A stretch of DNA of 64,000 nt from Dehalococcoidia bacterium (GTDB taxonomy: Bacteria > Chloroflexota > Dehalococcoidia > Lucifugimonadales > UBA3495). Position numbers and translations under genes: made by a program. The stretch spans positions 17,939 to 81,938 of the forward strand of contig JAKUNL010000003.1 in assembly GCA_022451925.1 (NCBI GenBank), read 5' to 3'. The notes under the pieces were generated by a model. It worked only from the letters and a program-made list of their open reading frames with translations, was not told the DNA's origin and did no database searches. This document shows, piece after piece, positions 19,525 to 28,923 of the stretch; positions within the stretch are counted from its first letter, which is position 1; the number at the start of each line of letters is the position of its first letter.

Positions 19525-21771
19525 CTAGCGATTTCCACCCTGGAAACGTCCGCCGTTAGGACCACCAGGACGACCACCTCCAGGGCCTCTACCAGATCCA
19601 CCCGGCCCTCGTCCACCGCGATTGCCGCCAAAACCACCCCGGTCTCGAGGCGGTCCAGAATCAGGCCGTGGAGACGGCGGACTGTCATCGCCAAATAAGG
19701 CTTTGCGGGACAGGTTGACTCTTCCTTGGGAATCAATCTCACGAATCATAACTGTGATTTCCTGGCCCTCAGCCAGTTCTTCTTCCATATCTCCAATGTC
19801 GCCGTTACGAATCAGCCCATCCTTACCTGGAACCAGTTCCACGAAGGCACCGAAGTTTGTCAGCCTGACTACCTTTCCAGTGAAAATATCACCTATGGCT
19901 AGATCTCGGGTAAGTGCATCAACCTTAGATTGGGCTAAGGCCAACATGGAAGAATCTACGCCACCGATGGTTACAGATCCGTCATCGTCGACATTGATGG
20001 TTGTACCGGTCTCTTCGATAATGGCCCGGATTACCCGGCCACCAGGGCCGATAAGTGCGCCGATTTTCTCAATTTTGATCTTCATACGGATCATCTTGGG
20101 AGCGTATTCGCTCATTTCGCCACGAGTCTCCGAAATCGCTTCGTTCATCTTGCCCATGATATGCATTCGACCCTGGCGCGCTTGCTCCAACGCTTCCTTC
20201 AATATCGAAGGTGTCAGGTACTGTGTCTTAACGTCCATTTGTAGGGCGTTTACACCCTCAGAAGTGCCAGCAACTTTGAAGTCCATATCACCTAGGAAAT
20301 CTTCGATTCCTTGGATGTCACTTAAGATAGCGTACTCACCATCAGTGCCCGTAATCAGGCCCATTGCAATACCTGCCACCGGGGCTTTAATCGGGATACC
20401 AGCATCCATCAAACTCAGTGAGCTACCGCATACGCTACCCATCGACGTACTTCCATTGGAACTTAGACACTCCGAAACGATTCGTATGGCGTATGGAAAG
20501 TCATCTTCCGAGGGAAGTACCGGCAGTATCGCCCGTTCGGCCAATGCACCGTGACCAATCTCCCGTCGCCCGGGAGACATGACCCGCCGAGCTTCACCTG
20601 TGGAGAACGAAGGGAAGTTGTAGTGGTGCATGAACCGCTTGGTGCTATCCGGTCCAACGGTATCCAAGGTCTGCTTCAGAGCTAGAGAACCAACTGTCAC
20701 AATAGACAAGACTTGAGTCTCCCCCCTTGTGAACAATCCGGTACCATGGGTGCGCGGCAAGATACCGGTATCGCAGGTGATCGGCCGAACTTGATCCAGC
20801 GCCCGTCCATCAGAACGGACATGTTGCTGTAATATGCGACCTCGTACCGCCTCACGGAAGACAGTTTTGAAACCGTCTCCGATAGCAGTCTTGGAGTATT
20901 CATCCTTGAGCGATTCTGTGACCAGAGCAGAGATTTCTTTCTCGCCGTCGTCCATCTCGTACATGCCGGGATTACGGCTAAGAAGGTCATCCCACCTTGA
21001 ACCAACCACCTCTTTAATTCTTGCTACCACTGCCTCAGCGGCAGCGGGATCATATTCGAAAGAGGCCTTAGGCTTGCCAACCTTGCCGGTTAAATCTTGA
21101 ATCAAGTCTATGGTCTCTGAATTTGCTTGTTGAGCCTTAGCAATGGCTTCCAGAATTACTTCCTCTGAAACCTCGTTGGCACCCGCCTCAACCATGAAAA
21201 TAGCGTCTTTGGAACTGCTAACCACCATGCTTAGGGTGCTTTCAATGCTCTGCTCGTACGTGGGGTGGATAATATATTGACCGTCCAGATAGGCTATGCG
21301 GCAGGAAGCCACCGGCCCATCGAAGGGAATCTGGGAAATTGAGAGAGCAGCTGATGCTCCGATCATTCCCAGAATTTCAGGTGGGTTTTCCTGATCCGAG
21401 GAAAGCACAGTTAAAGTGATCTGAACGTCGTTATGCAGTCCTTTTGGGAACAACGGTCGAATTGACCGGTCGGTTAACCTGGAGGCCAAGATACCGTCTT
21501 GACCGGGACGGCCCTCTCTGCGGAAGAAACTTCCGGGTATCTTACCCACTGAATAAAGACGCTCTTCGTAATCAACTGTCAGGGGCAGGAAGTCTATGTC
21601 TTCGGCTCTCGGCCTACTGGACATCACTGCCGTGACTAGAACGATTGTCTCTCCTAAAGTGACAGTTACACTACCATGAGCTTGGTTCGCCAATTTCCCG
21701 GTCTCAAGAGTGATTGTTTTGCCGTCGATTTGGCTAGATACCGACGTGGGGGAATCTGCTTGTGTAGCCAT
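19525..21771 (-). CDS. pnp: Polyribonucleotide nucleotidyltransferase (PNPase) with C-terminal Gly/Arg-rich tail
   Basis: It has two RNase PH modules (RREIGHGALAERA), a KH domain (GPGGRVIRAIIEETG) and an S1 domain (GKVVRLTNFGAFVEL). These are followed by a 55-aa RGG/RG tail. I prefer the ATG at 21771. Confidence 0.95.
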   Translation of the reverse strand: MATQADSPTSVSSQIDGKTITLETGKLANQAHGSVTVTLGETIVLVTAVMSSRPRAEDIDFLPLTVDYEERLYSVGKIPGSFFRREGRPGQDGILASRLTDRSIRPLFPKGLHNDVQITLTVLSSDQENPPEILGMIGASAALSISQIPFDGPVASCRIAYLDGQYIIHPTYEQSIESTLSMVVSSSKDAIFMVEAGANEVSEEVILEAIAKAQQANSETIDLIQDLTGKVGKPKASFEYDPAAAEAVVARIKEVVGSRWDDLLSRNPGMYEMDDGEKEISALVTESLKDEYSKTAIGDGFKTVFREAVRGRILQQHVRSDGRALDQVRPITCDTGILPRTHGTGLFTRGETQVLSIVTVGSLALKQTLDTVGPDSTKRFMHHYNFPSFSTGEARRVMSPGRREIGHGALAERAILPVLPSEDDFPYAIRIVSECLSSNGSTSMGSVCGSSLSLMDAGIPIKAPVAGIAMGLITGTDGEYAILSDIQGIEDFLGDMDFKVAGTSEGVNALQMDVKTQYLTPSILKEALEQARQGRMHIMGKMNEAISETRGEMSEYAPKMIRMKIKIEKIGALIGPGGRVIRAIIEETGTTINVDDDGSVTIGGVDSSMLALAQSKVDALTRDLAIGDIFTGKVVRLTNFGAFVELVPGKDGLIRNGDIGDMEEELAEGQEITVMIREIDSQGRVNLSRKALFGDDSPPSPRPDSGPPRDRGGFGGNRGGRGPGGSGRGPGGGRPGGPNGGRFQGGNR

Positions 21772-21841
21772 AATGTGCCTAGGGCAACCTCGCAATAAAT
21801 AACGTGCGCAATCGATAGATGGGGTGAGAGCTAGACGACAA

Positions 21842-21865
21842 ACAACACCCTATCCAGGGTGTTGT
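21842..21865 (-). promoter_or_regulatory. rpsO-pnp intergenic hairpin (attenuator / processing-site type)
   Basis: ACAACACCCT-atcc-AGGGTGTTGT is a perfect 10-bp stem lying between the rpsO stop (21879) and the pnp start. It is followed on the minus strand by TTGTCGTC. Confidence 0.55.
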
Positions 21866-21878
21866 TGTAAGGGGGAAC

Positions 21879-22145
21879 TTATCTGCGTAGACCAAGCCTA
21901 GTGATAAGTGTTTGATAGCGGTTTACGTCTTCCGCATTGAGGTACTTGAGGAGTCTGCGTCTCCGTGAGACCATTCCAAGAAGTCCGCGTCTTGAGTGTA
22001 CGTCTTTTTTATGTTCCCGCAGATGTTCGGTAAGGGATTTTATATTTTCCGTAAGAACAGCGACTTGAACTTCGGCAGAGCCAGTGTCCTTGTCGTTGAT
22101 TTGATATTCCTTAATAATCCGTGCTTTTGTGTCTCCGTCTAGCAT
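21879..22145 (-). CDS. rpsO: 30S ribosomal protein S15
   Basis: 88 aa with [32 protein letters not shown]. Confidence 0.97.
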   Translation of the reverse strand: MLDGDTKARIIKEYQINDKDTGSAEVQVAVLTENIKSLTEHLREHKKDVHSRRGLLGMVSRRRRLLKYLNAEDVNRYQTLITRLGLRR

Positions 22146-22330
22146 CAGGTGTGTTTTAGCTTCTCTCTCTTCTCTTCTTTTACGTTAATCGGAATTATAG
22201 CATACGCACATACGGCATTCAACGATATGCACGTAAATGGTATCGGTCGAACCCTCTTATGGTAGGCTTTGAGTCGGTACTATCCTACTCCGAATTCAGA
22301 TTACCAATCAAACCTCGGGAAATCCGGGAT

Positions 22331-23044
22331 ATGAAAACCAAAGACAAAATCAGAGAGCAAGTCTGGTCAGTCATCGAACAGGCTGGAGCCGCCTACACTA
22401 AGACGGTGCACGACCGCATCCCACACTTTAAAGGCGCGGAAGCAGCTTCCCTCCGGATATTCGAACTTGGTATTTGGCGCAACTCCAGGGTCATCAAAGG
22501 AAACCCTGATCAACCTCAGAGGCCGCTCCGCCAACGCGCTTTAGAAGAAGGTAAGATTCTCTATATGGCCGTGCCAAGACTACAGGAGGAACAATGCTTT
22601 GTGGAGCTAGACCCGTCGGTGATGGCCAGCTCCCCCGTAGAAGCGTCCACCATTTCTGGCGCATTCCAACACGGAAGGTTGGTAAACCTTGCAGAGATGC
22701 ACCAAGTGGACTTGGTAATCTCCGGGTCAGTAGCAGTCAACCGCTCGGGTATTAGGATTGGCAAAGGCGGCGGGTTTGCTGACTTAGAGTACGGGTTGGC
22801 GGTGGCAGCTGGGATCGTGCAGCATGATACTCCGATTGTTGGTACAGTCCACCAACTACAGGTTCTAGACCAAGAGCTACCATGGACCCAACACGACGCG
22901 TGCTTAGATTACTTCGCTACGCCCGATGAACTGGTTAAGTGCAGCCCAACCAAGCCCAGGCCCACAGGCATCTACTGGGAAGACCTCTCTCCGGCCAAGA
23001 TTAAACAGATCCCCGCATTAAAGAAATTACGAAAGTTCCTTTAA
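22331..23044 (+). CDS. 5-formyltetrahydrofolate cyclo-ligase family protein
   Basis: From the ATG at 22331: MKTKDKIREQVW...RIPHFKGAEAA...GNPDQPQRPLR...GKGGGFADLEYG. This matches the MTHFS-like family pattern. Confidence 0.65.
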   Translation: MKTKDKIREQVWSVIEQAGAAYTKTVHDRIPHFKGAEAASLRIFELGIWRNSRVIKGNPDQPQRPLRQRALEEGKILYMAVPRLQEEQCFVELDPSVMASSPVEASTISGAFQHGRLVNLAEMHQVDLVISGSVAVNRSGIRIGKGGGFADLEYGLAVAAGIVQHDTPIVGTVHQLQVLDQELPWTQHDACLDYFATPDELVKCSPTKPRPTGIYWEDLSPAKIKQIPALKKLRKFL

Positions 23045-23667
23045 CTCAGCACCGTGAATCCTCTAGCTAGGCCGTCCCTTCCGGTGGAGGACAAAATCAG
23101 ATCCTGAGCGTAACCCCGGTTCAAGGCCAACTGGCCTATCATTTGCAACGTGGTTTCCATGCCTCTCCGGGGCGGGCTTGATTCCACTCCAAGGGCTTTG
23201 GTCAAATCCATAGTATGAATTATTAACTCAAAAGTGCGGGTAGGCAGGTAATCAATCAGGCGCATTCCCCCAGTCAAGGTTCCCATGATGTGGTCGTCAC
23301 TAAGTTCTTCCAACTTATTTTTTACGTACATGGCAAAGCCACGTACCATCATCTTAGGATCCTCAATTATCTCCAATCCAGCGGCCCGCCCCCGTTCTGC
23401 AATGTGACCGTGGTTTACATCACTAGACAGCAACCTCAAGAAATAGTCCACTGGCCTCTCAAAATCTACCTTATCGGACGGAACAGCGGAATAGCTAAGT
23501 ACTGTAGTAAATGAGCGATATGTATGTCCGACAAGGTCTCGAACACACCATTCACCCAGAGCCGGAGCGTCAAAGGCGTCAATTTCTATCGAATCGACTA
23601 TACTGACAAAGTAATCGCCAGCCTCCAAGTAAGTCTCCCTGATCTCTTGACTGCTCATCAAAGTCAC
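23041..23667 (-). CDS. DinB / maleylpyruvate-isomerase N-terminal (mycothiol-dependent-like) family protein
   Basis: 208 aa with WCVRDLVGHT... and ...TFELIIHTMDL, the family's His-containing helices. Its stop codon overlaps the convergent stop of the previous gene. Confidence 0.6.
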   Translation of the reverse strand: MTLMSSQEIRETYLEAGDYFVSIVDSIEIDAFDAPALGEWCVRDLVGHTYRSFTTVLSYSAVPSDKVDFERPVDYFLRLLSSDVNHGHIAERGRAAGLEIIEDPKMMVRGFAMYVKNKLEELSDDHIMGTLTGGMRLIDYLPTRTFELIIHTMDLTKALGVESSPPRRGMETTLQMIGQLALNRGYAQDLILSSTGRDGLARGFTVLS

Positions 23668-23697
23668 CCAGTGGGTTACGATTGCTAAATTTCGATA

Positions 23698-24750
23698 CTA
23701 GGGCGTACCGACTTCATTCTCAACATTAAGAGATTTCATCAACTCTGAAAGCTCAGCCCAAGTCTGGTCCTCCACAAAGATGCCTTCTTTGCGACGCTGC
23801 TGCTCTTTATTCCACTCTATTTCGCCTGGATAGAGCACTTCATTGAAGCCCTCAGCGGGTGGAGAGTCCTTGATGTATTCGACGAATCCATCCATGTCTT
23901 TTTTGAACTCGTCCACATCCCTGAAGTGGGCCAGGTTGAAAGCAGCAATGAACACGCCGTCATTATGACGTCCTTCAGGGTCGATTCCATAACCCAGACC
24001 CGTGAGCAGACCAGAGAAAACCTCAACCATGAACGAAAGAGCATAACCTTTATGGCCTTGGTCAACGCCAACGGGCAGGATAGCACCGCCGGAATAGTAA
24101 TCATTGGGGTTGGTGGTAGGGTTGCCGTCCTTGTCCACGATCCAACCAATCGGCACATCTTCCTTCCGGTTCCTAGCCAATGCAATCTTACCCAGTGCCA
24201 CTGTACTGGAGGCCATATCCATCAAAACTGGACCGTCCAAGTTGCTCGGCATACCGATGCTCATAGGATTTGTACCCAGCTTGCGGGCTACTCCCCCAAA
24301 AGGAGCAACGTGCTTGGGCGCAGCGCCGGAGTCGGCTGTTATCAGGCCAATCATGTTCTCTGCGGCCATCATGGTAGGGTAGTCACCCAATCGGCCGATG
24401 TGACTCTGGTGATAGACCGTGATTGCGCCGACACCGTTAGTCTTAGCCTTCTCGATTGCCAATTTAGTAGCCTTTTCAGTCTGTACGAAGCCAAATCCCC
24501 AATTGCCATCAATAACTGCAGTGCAGGGGGCTTCTTTGACCACGTCGAAAGACGCACCAGGAACAATATGTCCAGCGTCTATGCGGTCGACATAGGTAGG
24601 TGTCTGAATGATTCCATGGGAGTCGTGTCCGCACAGATTTGCCTTAATTAAATGCCTGGCCACGATTTCAGCCTCATCTTCCGGAGTGCCTTTGGCACGG
24701 TAAATGTGATAAGCGACTTTATGAAGGTATTCTGGCGTAAAAACGGGCAT
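23698..24750 (-). CDS. Ldh_2 family (malate/L-lactate/ureidoglycolate-type) dehydrogenase
   Basis: From the ATG at 24750 with an AGGAGAGG SD: GHDSHGI, YHQSHIGRLGDY, HKGYALSFMVE. Confidence 0.85.
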   Translation of the reverse strand: MPVFTPEYLHKVAYHIYRAKGTPEDEAEIVARHLIKANLCGHDSHGIIQTPTYVDRIDAGHIVPGASFDVVKEAPCTAVIDGNWGFGFVQTEKATKLAIEKAKTNGVGAITVYHQSHIGRLGDYPTMMAAENMIGLITADSGAAPKHVAPFGGVARKLGTNPMSIGMPSNLDGPVLMDMASSTVALGKIALARNRKEDVPIGWIVDKDGNPTTNPNDYYSGGAILPVGVDQGHKGYALSFMVEVFSGLLTGLGYGIDPEGRHNDGVFIAAFNLAHFRDVDEFKKDMDGFVEYIKDSPPAEGFNEVLYPGEIEWNKEQQRRKEGIFVEDQTWAELSELMKSLNVENEVGTP

Positions 24751-24864
24751 GGTTAAACCTCTCCTGGAAAGTGACCTTAGTCTAGTGTTCAGCACCAGGA
24801 TTTGTCCACCAACGGACAATCTAACGTTTGCTTGTTGGCCACTTAACAAGCGTGATATTCTGGG

Positions 24865-24939
24865 TGCATAACATGCCCCTGTAGCTCAGTGGATAGAGTG
24901 CCGGCCTCCGGAGCCGGAGACGAGAGTTCGACCCTCTCC
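24865..24939 (+). tRNA. tRNA-Arg (anticodon CCG), CCA encoded
   Basis: Cloverleaf read by hand: acceptor GCCCCTG/CGGGGGT, D-arm GCTC-AGTGGATA-GAGT, anticodon arm CCGGC-CTCCGGA-GCCGG and T-arm GAGAG-TTCGACC-CTCTC, ending ACCA. Confidence 0.9.
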
Positions 24940-24974
24940 GGGGGTACCAGAACATACGAAGCTCACTTGTATAC

Positions 24975-25022
24975 ACTAATCTAAAGACCCTGACGGAGAA
25001 TGGTCAGGGTCTTTAGATTAGT
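24975..25022. repeat. Perfect 20-bp inverted repeat (hairpin) 36 nt downstream of tRNA-Arg
   Basis: ACTAATCTAAAGACCCTGAC-ggagaatg-GTCAGGGTCTTTAGATTAGT. It may be the tRNA terminator, but no adjacent T-run is present. Confidence 0.6.
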
Positions 25023-25161
25023 AGGGTTTATGACATCAATATGAGCCTCCGTAGTCAACGAGTTTGCCCTGTAGAAGCTGTTAATCACAGTGAGTATCAC
25101 TATTTTACTGCTTTATTAACCTGATTTACGTTCCCATGCGTGATAAGATTGCATCCACGAA

Positions 25162-25236
25162 CGGGGTGTAGCCCAGCGGTAGGGCGCCTGCTTTGGGAGC
25201 AGGAGGTCGGGAGTTCGATTCTCCCCACCCCGACCA
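25162..25236 (+). tRNA. tRNA-Pro (anticodon UGG), CCA encoded
   Basis: Acceptor CGGGGTG/CACCCCG, D-arm GCCC-AGCGGTA-GGGC, anticodon arm CCTGC-TTTGGGA-GCAGG and T-arm GGGAG-TTCGATT-CTCCC, ending ACCA. Confidence 0.92.
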
Positions 25237-25747
25237 TTCCATTTATGCCTGAAATATCTTTTTTCCTTCCCACTCCTCAAGCGTCCAACACTAGCTTTCC
25301 CGACATAGGTCAGAAAGTCGACGAAATTCCATCAAGACAGCCTCTCTTCTACAAATTTATTTATGGCGCTAGCAGTATCAAGCCTGTTGTCGGGACTAGC
25401 AATCGAGACCTTCGCTAACTCCAGCTATGTTGCCAAGTAGTGGATAATCCCATGATACTAAGCTGCCGGATAATCACCATAGATGTCTATTAGTCGCGTT
25501 ATTGCCCTGACGGTCGTAACGAAACGGTCATCCTAGTTCAAGAGTCTTTCTAGTAAATTCGTTGTTTTATCTAATGTCTATAGAGTGTTCTATGATTTCT
25601 CCCTACTATGCGAGGTAAAACCTCTACAAACCTCGTATGCCTTAGAAAATTCAGGCGAAAATAATTCGATCCACATAACGTCGTTCGATATTCCAATATT
25701 ATCTAAACGATTTCCATATTATGTACGAACTATGTTGAACTACACGT

Positions 25748-27490
25748 TTGCTCAACCAGATATTCATCTTAGAGGCATTATCATTGGCCTTCGCGACTGA
25801 ACCCGCTTCAAAAAATAGACCTAATTGCTCAAGTCCTCCACGAGTTGTGATTCTAGGAGGTGGATATGGTGGCGTATACACTGCTCTTGGATTACAAAAA
25901 GCAGCGCGTAACGGCCTCATTCATCTCTCAATCATAAGCCGAGAGAATTTTTTCCTCGCTCAGCCTATGTTGGCCGAAGTGGTGTCGGGAAGTATAGAGC
26001 CGCCTCATATAATCAGCCCTATACGAAGACTCTGCCCAAAAAGCAATTTCCACCAAGCCGAGATAGAAGACATAGACTTAGATAAGAGACTTGTCGTAGT
26101 CCGGTATCGTGAACAACCCGACTTTCACTATATTCCATTTGATCACCTTGTTCTTGCTGTTGGCTCATCCACAGATTTATCTGGGACTCCAGGTGTAGCA
26201 GCTCATTCTTTCTCGTTTAAAACCCTAGGCGACGCCATTGCTTTGCGAAGTCACTTAATCTCTATTCTAGAAAAGGCAGATGTCGAACCAGATGCGAATC
26301 GTAAAAATAGTTTACTTACATTTGTAGTAGCAGGTGGAGGCTATACTGGAGTTGAAGTATCAGCTGAGATTAACGATTTCGTCAAAGAGGCAAGTCAAAG
26401 CTATCAACACATCGAACAAACAGAAGTAAACGTGGTCTTGCTGCAAGGATCTAGCCGCATATTGCCTGAACTAGATGCCGAATCCGCTGACTTTAGCCAA
26501 AGAGTCTTAGAACGAAAAGGTATTGAAGTCAGACTTGATACCAGAGTTACTGGTGCCACTTCTGAATCAGTAACCCTTAAAAACGGGTCTAATATATCAA
26601 CTAGAACATTAGTAGCTGCTATAGGATCGGTCGGTAACCCTTTGTTAGAGAAACTTTCATGCGAAAGAGACCTGCGGGGTCGGCCGGTAGTTGATTCAAA
26701 TCTAATGTTAGTCGGCAATCCTAACGTCTGGGCTGTTGGGGATTGTGTTGCTATACCAAATGCTGTTAGCGATCAACCCTGTCCACCCACTGCCCAGTGC
26801 GCTATAAGAGCTGGGAAACATCTTTCTAAGAATATTTTAGCAACCATTGCAGACCAATCAGTTAAATCTTTCGCTTATAAAGATCGCGGCGTTTTTGTAC
26901 CATTAGGCCGGTTCTCTGGAGCCGCACGCATCATGGGATTTAAGGTGTCTGGGTTCTGGGCATGGTGGATGTATCGAACGTTTTTTCTTTTACAACTCCC
27001 ACGACTCAAACGCAAAATACAGGTTTTAATCGATTGGAGTCTAGAACTAGTGTTTCCTCGGGATATAGTCAATCTAGATATTACAAAGAGCCACCAGACG
27101 ACCCAGTCACACTACGATCCAGGACAAATAATATTTAGTCAGGGGGATTTAGCCCAAGGATTTTTTATTATCTTGGACGGCCGGGTCGAAGTGATTCGCG
27201 AAAAAGACGGAGGTTCGATATCAATCGCCACATTAAGTACTGGCGATTATTTCGGAGAGATGTCGTTGCTTTACGGGGTACGACATACGGCTACAATAAA
27301 AGCTATTACTGCAGTAGACGTCGTAATAATGAACGCTAATGATTTCACCATGTTAGCTAGTTCGTCTTCTGACTTTAGGAAACTCTTTAGCAAAGCGATG
27401 ACGGAGAGGCTTTCTGGTCTAGGTATAGAAAACCCTAATGAAATCTCTCAATCAGAACATGAGCAGATAAACGATAACGGTAAAAGTTAA
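25748..27490 (+). CDS. Type-II NADH dehydrogenase (NDH-2)-like flavoprotein fused to a C-terminal cyclic-nucleotide-binding (CAP_ED) domain
   Basis: N-terminal VVILGGGYGGVYTA plus a second Rossmann motif FVVAGGGYTGVE and AVGDC. The C-terminal about 130 aa read IIFSQGDLAQGFFIILDGRVEVIR...GDYFGEMSLLYGVRHTATIKA. The start is uncertain (TTG at 25748, with no ATG before the first Rossmann motif). Confidence 0.8.
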   Translation: MLNQIFILEALSLAFATEPASKNRPNCSSPPRVVILGGGYGGVYTALGLQKAARNGLIHLSIISRENFFLAQPMLAEVVSGSIEPPHIISPIRRLCPKSNFHQAEIEDIDLDKRLVVVRYREQPDFHYIPFDHLVLAVGSSTDLSGTPGVAAHSFSFKTLGDAIALRSHLISILEKADVEPDANRKNSLLTFVVAGGGYTGVEVSAEINDFVKEASQSYQHIEQTEVNVVLLQGSSRILPELDAESADFSQRVLERKGIEVRLDTRVTGATSESVTLKNGSNISTRTLVAAIGSVGNPLLEKLSCERDLRGRPVVDSNLMLVGNPNVWAVGDCVAIPNAVSDQPCPPTAQCAIRAGKHLSKNILATIADQSVKSFAYKDRGVFVPLGRFSGAARIMGFKVSGFWAWWMYRTFFLLQLPRLKRKIQVLIDWSLELVFPRDIVNLDITKSHQTTQSHYDPGQIIFSQGDLAQGFFIILDGRVEVIREKDGGSISIATLSTGDYFGEMSLLYGVRHTATIKAITAVDVVIMNANDFTMLASSSSDFRKLFSKAMTERLSGLGIENPNEISQSEHEQINDNGKS

Positions 27491-27719
27491 CTCAACTCAT
27501 CCAACCTATTCCTCTAGATTGGTTAGTGATTCCAATCCTAGACCATCGAGGTAGTCGGGCTGATTGTCAGTCATGTTAGTTCGTTAATAACAGTCAGAAA
27601 ACCGATAATAGACCAAGGTTATTTAACACAATAACACTCAACCGTTGCTCCAGTCAGGGCAAATATATCGCCACATCTCGGTGGACATCAACATACCGCA
27701 AATACAAAGGGAGATTTTT

Positions 27720-28577
27720 ATGCAAAGTAAAATTCTGGATGGAAAGATCGCTATTGTAACGGGGGCCGCCAGTCCTCGAGGATTAGGCCGGGCTATGACT
27801 GAAGCGCTAGTCAGAGCGGGTGCTAGAGTATCGATGATGGACATCAATCAGCAGTGGCTTGACGAAACCTCGAATTATATGCGTGAGATTGGAGGCGACG
27901 ACTGTGTCATGACTCAGGTTGTTGACGTTACCTCCATCGGCGAAGCAGAACAGTCCATTGAGCGCACAATTGAAGAACTAGGTGGACTGCATATCCTGGT
28001 TAACAACGCAGGAGTTGCCCCTCCGAAGATGCTGTTAGGCGGCGCAACTGAAAACAAATTCTGGGAAATATCCGCAGGGGAATGGGACCGTGTTGTCGCG
28101 GTGAACAGCAACGGCCCCTTTTATATGACACGCACAGTTGTACCCCATTTTCTGGCCCAAGGGTGGGGTCGCATCATAGGTGTGACCACCAGTATGAACA
28201 CCATGTATCGAGCTGGCGCAGCGCCCTACGGGCCGTCCAAGGCAGCCCACGAAGCCTTGATAGCCATGGCTTCTCGAGAACTAGAAGGCACTGGTGTAAC
28301 AGCCAACGTACTGGTGCCAGGAGGCATGGCTAGCACGGACCTGATCCCCGATAATACGGATTACGAGCGCGAAACCATGATCACCCCAGATGTGATGATG
28401 GCGCCGGTGGTCTGGCTATCTTCCGACGAATCAAACGGTACAAACGGACAACGGTTCATTGGCTACTATTGGGATGAAGACGTGCCTTTAGAAGAACGCC
28501 TGAAAAAAGCCGCAGCCCCCGCTGCTTGGCCCCAACTAGGCGCCCAGGCTATTCGGATGGGTTCACAAAACCAGTGA
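27720..28577 (+). CDS. Short-chain dehydrogenase/reductase (classical SDR)
   Basis: ATG at 27720 with an AAGGGAG SD. It carries TGAASPRGLGRA, NNAG and the catalytic YGPSKAA. Confidence 0.85.
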   Translation: MQSKILDGKIAIVTGAASPRGLGRAMTEALVRAGARVSMMDINQQWLDETSNYMREIGGDDCVMTQVVDVTSIGEAEQSIERTIEELGGLHILVNNAGVAPPKMLLGGATENKFWEISAGEWDRVVAVNSNGPFYMTRTVVPHFLAQGWGRIIGVTTSMNTMYRAGAAPYGPSKAAHEALIAMASRELEGTGVTANVLVPGGMASTDLIPDNTDYERETMITPDVMMAPVVWLSSDESNGTNGQRFIGYYWDEDVPLEERLKKAAAPAAWPQLGAQAIRMGSQNQ

Positions 28578-28923
28578 CCCTTTTAATTACGCCTGAAGAC
28601 TAAAGTTTGAGAATTTCACTTGACTCTTCAAAAGTTCGCGGTCTCTACACTCTCGGGAACGGGTTTTAAAGCTGGCGACAACGAGTCATTACATCAGCAC
28701 GGGATGATCTGTCATCTGTGATCAAATTTCCTTGCTCGCCGCGGCCTTACATGGTTGTCGGTGGTGTATAGAGCGGGTGAGAAAACAGCCTCAACTAAAA
28801 TGCCTTATCTATTGCCACTTCAAGTTACCTATATTCTGCGGAATAACTAATACCAATTATTCTAGTTATTGCATTGGACTACCGGGATTTTATCTAATTC
28901 GGTATTCCTAGCAGTAATCAGTA

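Noticed and set aside
19622-20554. 310-aa ORF on the plus strand
   Set aside because: It lies entirely antisense to pnp, whose frame carries unmistakable PNPase motifs. Its composition is biased (Ser/Pro/Ile-rich) and it has no SD, so it is a shadow ORF.
23041-23044. 4-nt overlap of two convergent stop codons (TTAA)
   Set aside because: The overlap is real but is a trivial consequence of compact gene packing. No hairpin or other signal is associated with it.
23926-24651. 241-aa plus-strand ORF, plus the nested ORFs 24104..24382 and 23817..24185
   Set aside because: They are antisense or out of frame relative to the Ldh_2-family gene, which has clear family motifs. No independent signals support them.
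25140-25418. 92-aa ORF
   Set aside because: It reads straight through tRNA-Pro (25162-25236), so it is an artefact of ORF calling.
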